The translations under genes and the position numbers were made by a program. 64,000 nt of DNA from Rubripirellula sp. (lineage in GTDB: Bacteria > Planctomycetota > Planctomycetia > Pirellulales > Pirellulaceae). Below are positions 60,194 through 64,000 of this stretch, piece by piece. The stretch covers positions 4,768,001 through 4,832,000 of the forward strand of contig OZ244207.1 of assembly GCA_965216875.1 (NCBI GenBank), written 5' to 3'. The stretch's first letter is position 1, and every line of letters starts with the position of its first letter. The notes beneath the pieces were generated by a model. That model saw only the letters and a list, made by a program, of their open reading frames with translations, had not been told where the DNA came from and searched no databases.

Positions 60194-63100
60194 TCAGGGC
60201 GACGCCAAGGACCATGGAACGCCATCGAGCGACTCGTGAAAAACCACACACTGCGGCAACATCGCTTGAAGCTTTTCGGCCCCCGCAGCCGTGATTGCGG
60301 TGTCACCAATGTGCAAAGTTCGCAGGCTCTTCAAATTCCCAAGTTCGGCAACCGCACCATCATCGATGCTGGTTCCGTCAAGTTGCAGGTAGCGAAGTTG
60401 AGTGAGATTCGCAAGTTTTGCCGCGCATTTGTTGGTCACACCGTCGCAAGCACTTAGCACTAGGGTACGCAGACCGCGACTTTTACTTAAGTGCTCAACC
60501 GCATCATCGGTGATCGCGTTTTGAGCCAGATCGAGAAACCAAAGGCTTTGCATCTCGCTGAGAAACTCCAGCATTGCGTCATTTAGCCCGGGACATTGCT
60601 TCAGCGCGAGTGATTCAAGCTGATTCGCGTTCGCTATCTCAGCGATCTCGTCCTGACCCCGAATCATTGAATAGGACAGAGTCAAACTTCGGAGCGTTGG
60701 CAGATGGCGTAAAACACGGAGCTCCGCTTTGGGATCTGCCATCTTGAACCAAGTCAATGATTCAAGCGCATGCACGTCTTCGAGGGCCTCCGCCCCTTTG
60801 ATTTTTGCCAAGCCACCGTCTAAGGAGATGCTCTTCACTGCAAACGCTGAATCTGGCTTTGCCACAATGTTTGCCAACTCACTGTGGGAACCAACCACGC
60901 CGTCGTACTTCAGCGTCCACTCGACGGCCCTTACTTCGCCCGCATCGGGTGCGAGCGTATCGTAGATGACAACACAATTGGGCAGAGCTTTTTGCAGCTG
61001 GAGCAATGCTGGCACTTCACCTTCGTGTTCCGTCAAACAGGAGATTTGCAGCATGCGCAATGACGTGAGTTTGCTGAGCTGTGCGACCAGCTTGTCGTCA
61101 ATTTGTTTTGACCATGCAAGGTGCAGAGAGATGAGCGAAGGGTATTCTTGCAATCGCGCGAGGTCGGACGCTTCGATCAACCCTCGTCCCCCAATCGTCA
61201 ACGAACGGAGATGCGGCAACTCAGCGAGGCGATCAAGCCCCTCGCCGGTGATCCCCGTGTTGTACAGGTTAAGCTTGCGAAGTTCTTTTAGCTTTGCGAT
61301 GTCGATGCAAGCTTGATCATAAAGCCCCGGATTGGAGTAAAACGTTGCATCACGCAGCTCTTTAAGTTCGGCCAGAGCAGCGGCGTTCTTGCCCGACAGG
61401 CTACCAGAAGAAACTTGCAACTCTCGCACCGTCGTCATTCCCGAAAGGACTTCAAACGGGATAGGGGTGCCTCTGCAAACAAAGCGATCAAGCGAAGGGA
61501 TTTCGGCGAGGGCGTTCCACTCCTTTTCGGAGAGGGTCGCCGATGCAATCGTAATCTGCGTGATCGCCGTTCGCCGACCGCTTTCCACGTTAAGTCCACC
61601 ACTGAAGCCTTCGACGGTGCCCAGTTGCACACCGCCGCTATTCCGGACGATTATCTCGGAGACATACCGATGCGGGTCATCCGCTACCGTCGCGACCGGG
61701 GCCTCAAGAGGCTCCAGTGTCACCTTGATCGTCTGCTTGCTTCCAGTTTCAAAAGTGAACTCCTTGGTAAAGGTCTTGAACCCTGCGATGGCAACCTCCA
61801 ACTCGTGCCGCTTTGCATCTGGCGAAATCTCCAGGGTCTGTTCACCAACTCCATCTTTGATCGTGACTTTGTGTTTTCCATCAACAGAAACGATGGCCCC
61901 CTTCAACTCGGGCTGGTCGGTCACGATCACTATCGTGCCTGCAGCCGTTTGAATCCTCATCAAATCAGTCAAACCGAACATCGCGGCGCCTCCGGCGAGG
62001 AGTGCAATCAACCACACGATGGTTGCTCGGCGCCAAAACCAAGTCCTTTGATTCGGTGTGCCACCATTGATCGTGGCCGCGGCTGTCTCAGCCAGCGGAG
62101 GAGTTGCCGATGCTTGGGTTGGAGCCGCCTGCTGTGCGAGGACATCGGTCACGGGAGACTCGCTATGAATGATCGTCTCGAAATCTTGGTCGACCGGAAA
62201 CGTTCCCGGCTCTGTCATCGAAGTCGATCCCGCGTTCACACCAATTTCTTCCAACTCGGTCAAGACTTCAGTCATGGTTTGCTGCCTGGCGTTAGGGTCT
62301 TTGGCCACCATCTTTTGAAAGACGGCATCAACTTGAGCGGACACGTCCTCCCGACTCGCTGCGAGCGACGGAATCGGATGATCTCGGTGAGCGAGAATCT
62401 GCTGAACCAGCGTCGTGGCGCTGTAAATCGGTTTACCGGTGAGTAGAAAGTAAAACAGGCAACCCAAACTGTAGACATCGCTTCTTGCGTCCGCCGCCCG
62501 ACTATCGTTGGCTTGCTCGGGCGGCATGAATTCAACCGTCCCCATTAGCATGCCCGACCGCGTCAACCCTTCTACTGATGCCTCCTCTTCACCAACGCCT
62601 ACTCGAGCCAATCCAAGATCGAGAATCTTGACGATGCATTTTTTGTCAAGCAAGACATTGGCTGGCTTGATATCTCGGTGGATCACTCCTTCGCCATGAG
62701 CGTAGGCAAGTCCATGCGCGACCTGCCAAACAATGCAGAGCGTTTGATCGACCGACAACGGCCCGTAATGGTTGATAAGTTTGGACAGATCGATTCCGTC
62801 GATACACTCCATGACGAAAAAGAACTGCCCATCTTCCTCGCCCGCATCATACGCCGTCACGATGTTCGGATGATCAAGCTTGGCAACCGCGCGTACTTCG
62901 CGGCGAAAGCGTTGGACCGTGGGCTGGTCCTTGGCGACCGCAGCCGGCAACGTCTTCAATGCAACACGGCGCCCCATGTGACGATGCTCGGCCAAGTAAA
63001 CTTGCCCCATCCCGCCAGCACCAATTGCACCCAGGATCAGATAGTCGCAAATCAGTAGCTCGCTCGAGTTGCCCTGGCTGATCAATTGCGCTTGATATTC

Positions 63101-63247
63101 GGTCAGCTTGTTGGTTTGAACCAACGCCGTCACCAGCTCATTGGACGACAGCTTCTCGTTTTCATCGAGAAACGCTCGAATCTCATTTTCCGACATCACG
63201 CCGCAGTGCGAGATATCGCGGATGAGCTGCTTGACCGTGAGCGACAA
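60194..63247 (-). CDS. Ser/Thr kinase with TM segment and extracellular leucine-rich repeats
   Basis: IGAGGMG, HRDIKPAN, DLGLAR, GTVEFMPPEQ; TM; many LxxLxL repeats; TTG start at 63247 with GAGGA SD inferred. Confidence 0.92.
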   Translation of the reverse strand: MSLTVKQLIRDISHCGVMSENEIRAFLDENEKLSSNELVTALVQTNKLTEYQAQLISQGNSSELLICDYLILGAIGAGGMGQVYLAEHRHMGRRVALKTLPAAVAKDQPTVQRFRREVRAVAKLDHPNIVTAYDAGEEDGQFFFVMECIDGIDLSKLINHYGPLSVDQTLCIVWQVAHGLAYAHGEGVIHRDIKPANVLLDKKCIVKILDLGLARVGVGEEEASVEGLTRSGMLMGTVEFMPPEQANDSRAADARSDVYSLGCLFYFLLTGKPIYSATTLVQQILAHRDHPIPSLAASREDVSAQVDAVFQKMVAKDPNARQQTMTEVLTELEEIGVNAGSTSMTEPGTFPVDQDFETIIHSESPVTDVLAQQAAPTQASATPPLAETAAATINGGTPNQRTWFWRRATIVWLIALLAGGAAMFGLTDLMRIQTAAGTIVIVTDQPELKGAIVSVDGKHKVTIKDGVGEQTLEISPDAKRHELEVAIAGFKTFTKEFTFETGSKQTIKVTLEPLEAPVATVADDPHRYVSEIIVRNSGGVQLGTVEGFSGGLNVESGRRTAITQITIASATLSEKEWNALAEIPSLDRFVCRGTPIPFEVLSGMTTVRELQVSSGSLSGKNAAALAELKELRDATFYSNPGLYDQACIDIAKLKELRKLNLYNTGITGEGLDRLAELPHLRSLTIGGRGLIEASDLARLQEYPSLISLHLAWSKQIDDKLVAQLSKLTSLRMLQISCLTEHEGEVPALLQLQKALPNCVVIYDTLAPDAGEVRAVEWTLKYDGVVGSHSELANIVAKPDSAFAVKSISLDGGLAKIKGAEALEDVHALESLTWFKMADPKAELRVLRHLPTLRSLTLSYSMIRGQDEIAEIANANQLESLALKQCPGLNDAMLEFLSEMQSLWFLDLAQNAITDDAVEHLSKSRGLRTLVLSACDGVTNKCAAKLANLTQLRYLQLDGTSIDDGAVAELGNLKSLRTLHIGDTAITAAGAEKLQAMLPQCVVFHESLDGVPWSLASP

Positions 63248-63409
63248 TCGAGTCCTCGTTCTGTTTTGACATTCTGGGGCGGACGACGACGATCCGGACA
63301 ACCAGAGACGATTGTAACCAGAAAGGACTGGCTCGTTATCCTTCTTGCCAGGGGTCGCAAGAAACGAAGCACAAATCGCTCGCCCCGGTATCGCTCAACT
63401 GCCCCCGCA

Positions 63410-64000
63410 CTATTTGTGCAGCTTGCGTTCTTGCTGAACGGTGCGGCGATACTCGCTCGGGGGAACACCGACGAGTTTGCGAAAGGCGACCGTCAAATAC
63501 TCGACGTGCTGATAGCCGGTGCGATCGGCGATCACTTGAAGTGACAAACCGGTTTCCGAAAGCAACTGTTTGACGCGATCGATCTTCAGCCGTGTGATCT
63601 CCTGGTGCGGAGTGCGTCCGAGGTACTTTTGAAATCGGCTCTCCAACACGCGGCGAGATAACGGAACATTTCGCAAGACATCGGCGACGTTGATCCCGCT
63701 ACATGCATGATGGCGAATGAACTGCACCGCCGACGCAACGTATTGGTCATCGATCGCAAGGATGTCAGTCGAACGCCTCGTTTCAACCCCGAGTGGCTCC
63801 ACCAAGAGTGCGTCGGGCTTGACGTCTTGCCCCGACATCATCTGATCGAGCAATTGTGCCGCTTCATAACCCGCCCGCTTGCTGTTGGGGATCACACTCG
63901 TCAACGGCGGCTCAGAGAGTTCACATAACAGTCGATCGTTGTCCGCCCCGATCACGGCAACCTGTTCCGGCACCGCCAGATTGACTTCGCGACAAACATC
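63410..64000 (-). CDS. XylR-like transcriptional regulator (LacI-type binding domain plus AraC HTH), 5'-truncated by window edge
   Basis: VPEQVAVIGADND..LC....PPLTSV, GYEAA..LD, RRSTD, LSRRVLE.RF, GVPPSEYR. Confidence 0.9.
   Translation of the reverse strand, partial: DVCREVNLAVPEQVAVIGADNDRLLCELSEPPLTSVIPNSKRAGYEAAQLLDQMMSGQDVKPDALLVEPLGVETRRSTDILAIDDQYVASAVQFIRHHACSGINVADVLRNVPLSRRVLESRFQKYLGRTPHQEITRLKIDRVKQLLSETGLSLQVIADRTGYQHVEYLTVAFRKLVGVPPSEYRRTVQQERKLHK

Overview
This 64-kb chromosomal window comes from a high-GC planctomycete. The family is inferred as Pirellulaceae-like from the DUF1501/DUF1553-PSCyt pair, several Ser/Thr kinases, ECF sigma factors, sulfatases and an extended L17. 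It contains about 42 protein-coding genes. Housekeeping genes: serS, clpS, mtaB, sodA, rpsA, rpiB, aroC, thyA-folA, rpsM-rpsK-rpoA-rplQ and xylB. Other loci: a five-gene exopolysaccharide operon, c-di-GMP, kinase and ECF signalling genes, and sulfatase/sugar genes. No rRNA, tRNA or CRISPR array was seen. The main non-coding signal is a set of at least 7 palindromic REP-like families, labelled A-H here. They form mixed mosaics at all 8 convergent gene junctions and at none of the 7 divergent ones, and they supply the stop codon of 6 genes. An intact REP-associated tyrosine transposase (RAYT) and a neighbouring cNMP-patatin gene are each bracketed by family-A REP doublets, and an intact IS481-family element has inserted inside a REP. 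The most interesting protein-level candidate is a priming glycosyltransferase fused to a degenerate GGDEF domain that keeps the RxxD c-di-GMP I-site, inside a holdfast-like operon. All family assignments come from reading motifs by eye; no database searches were run.
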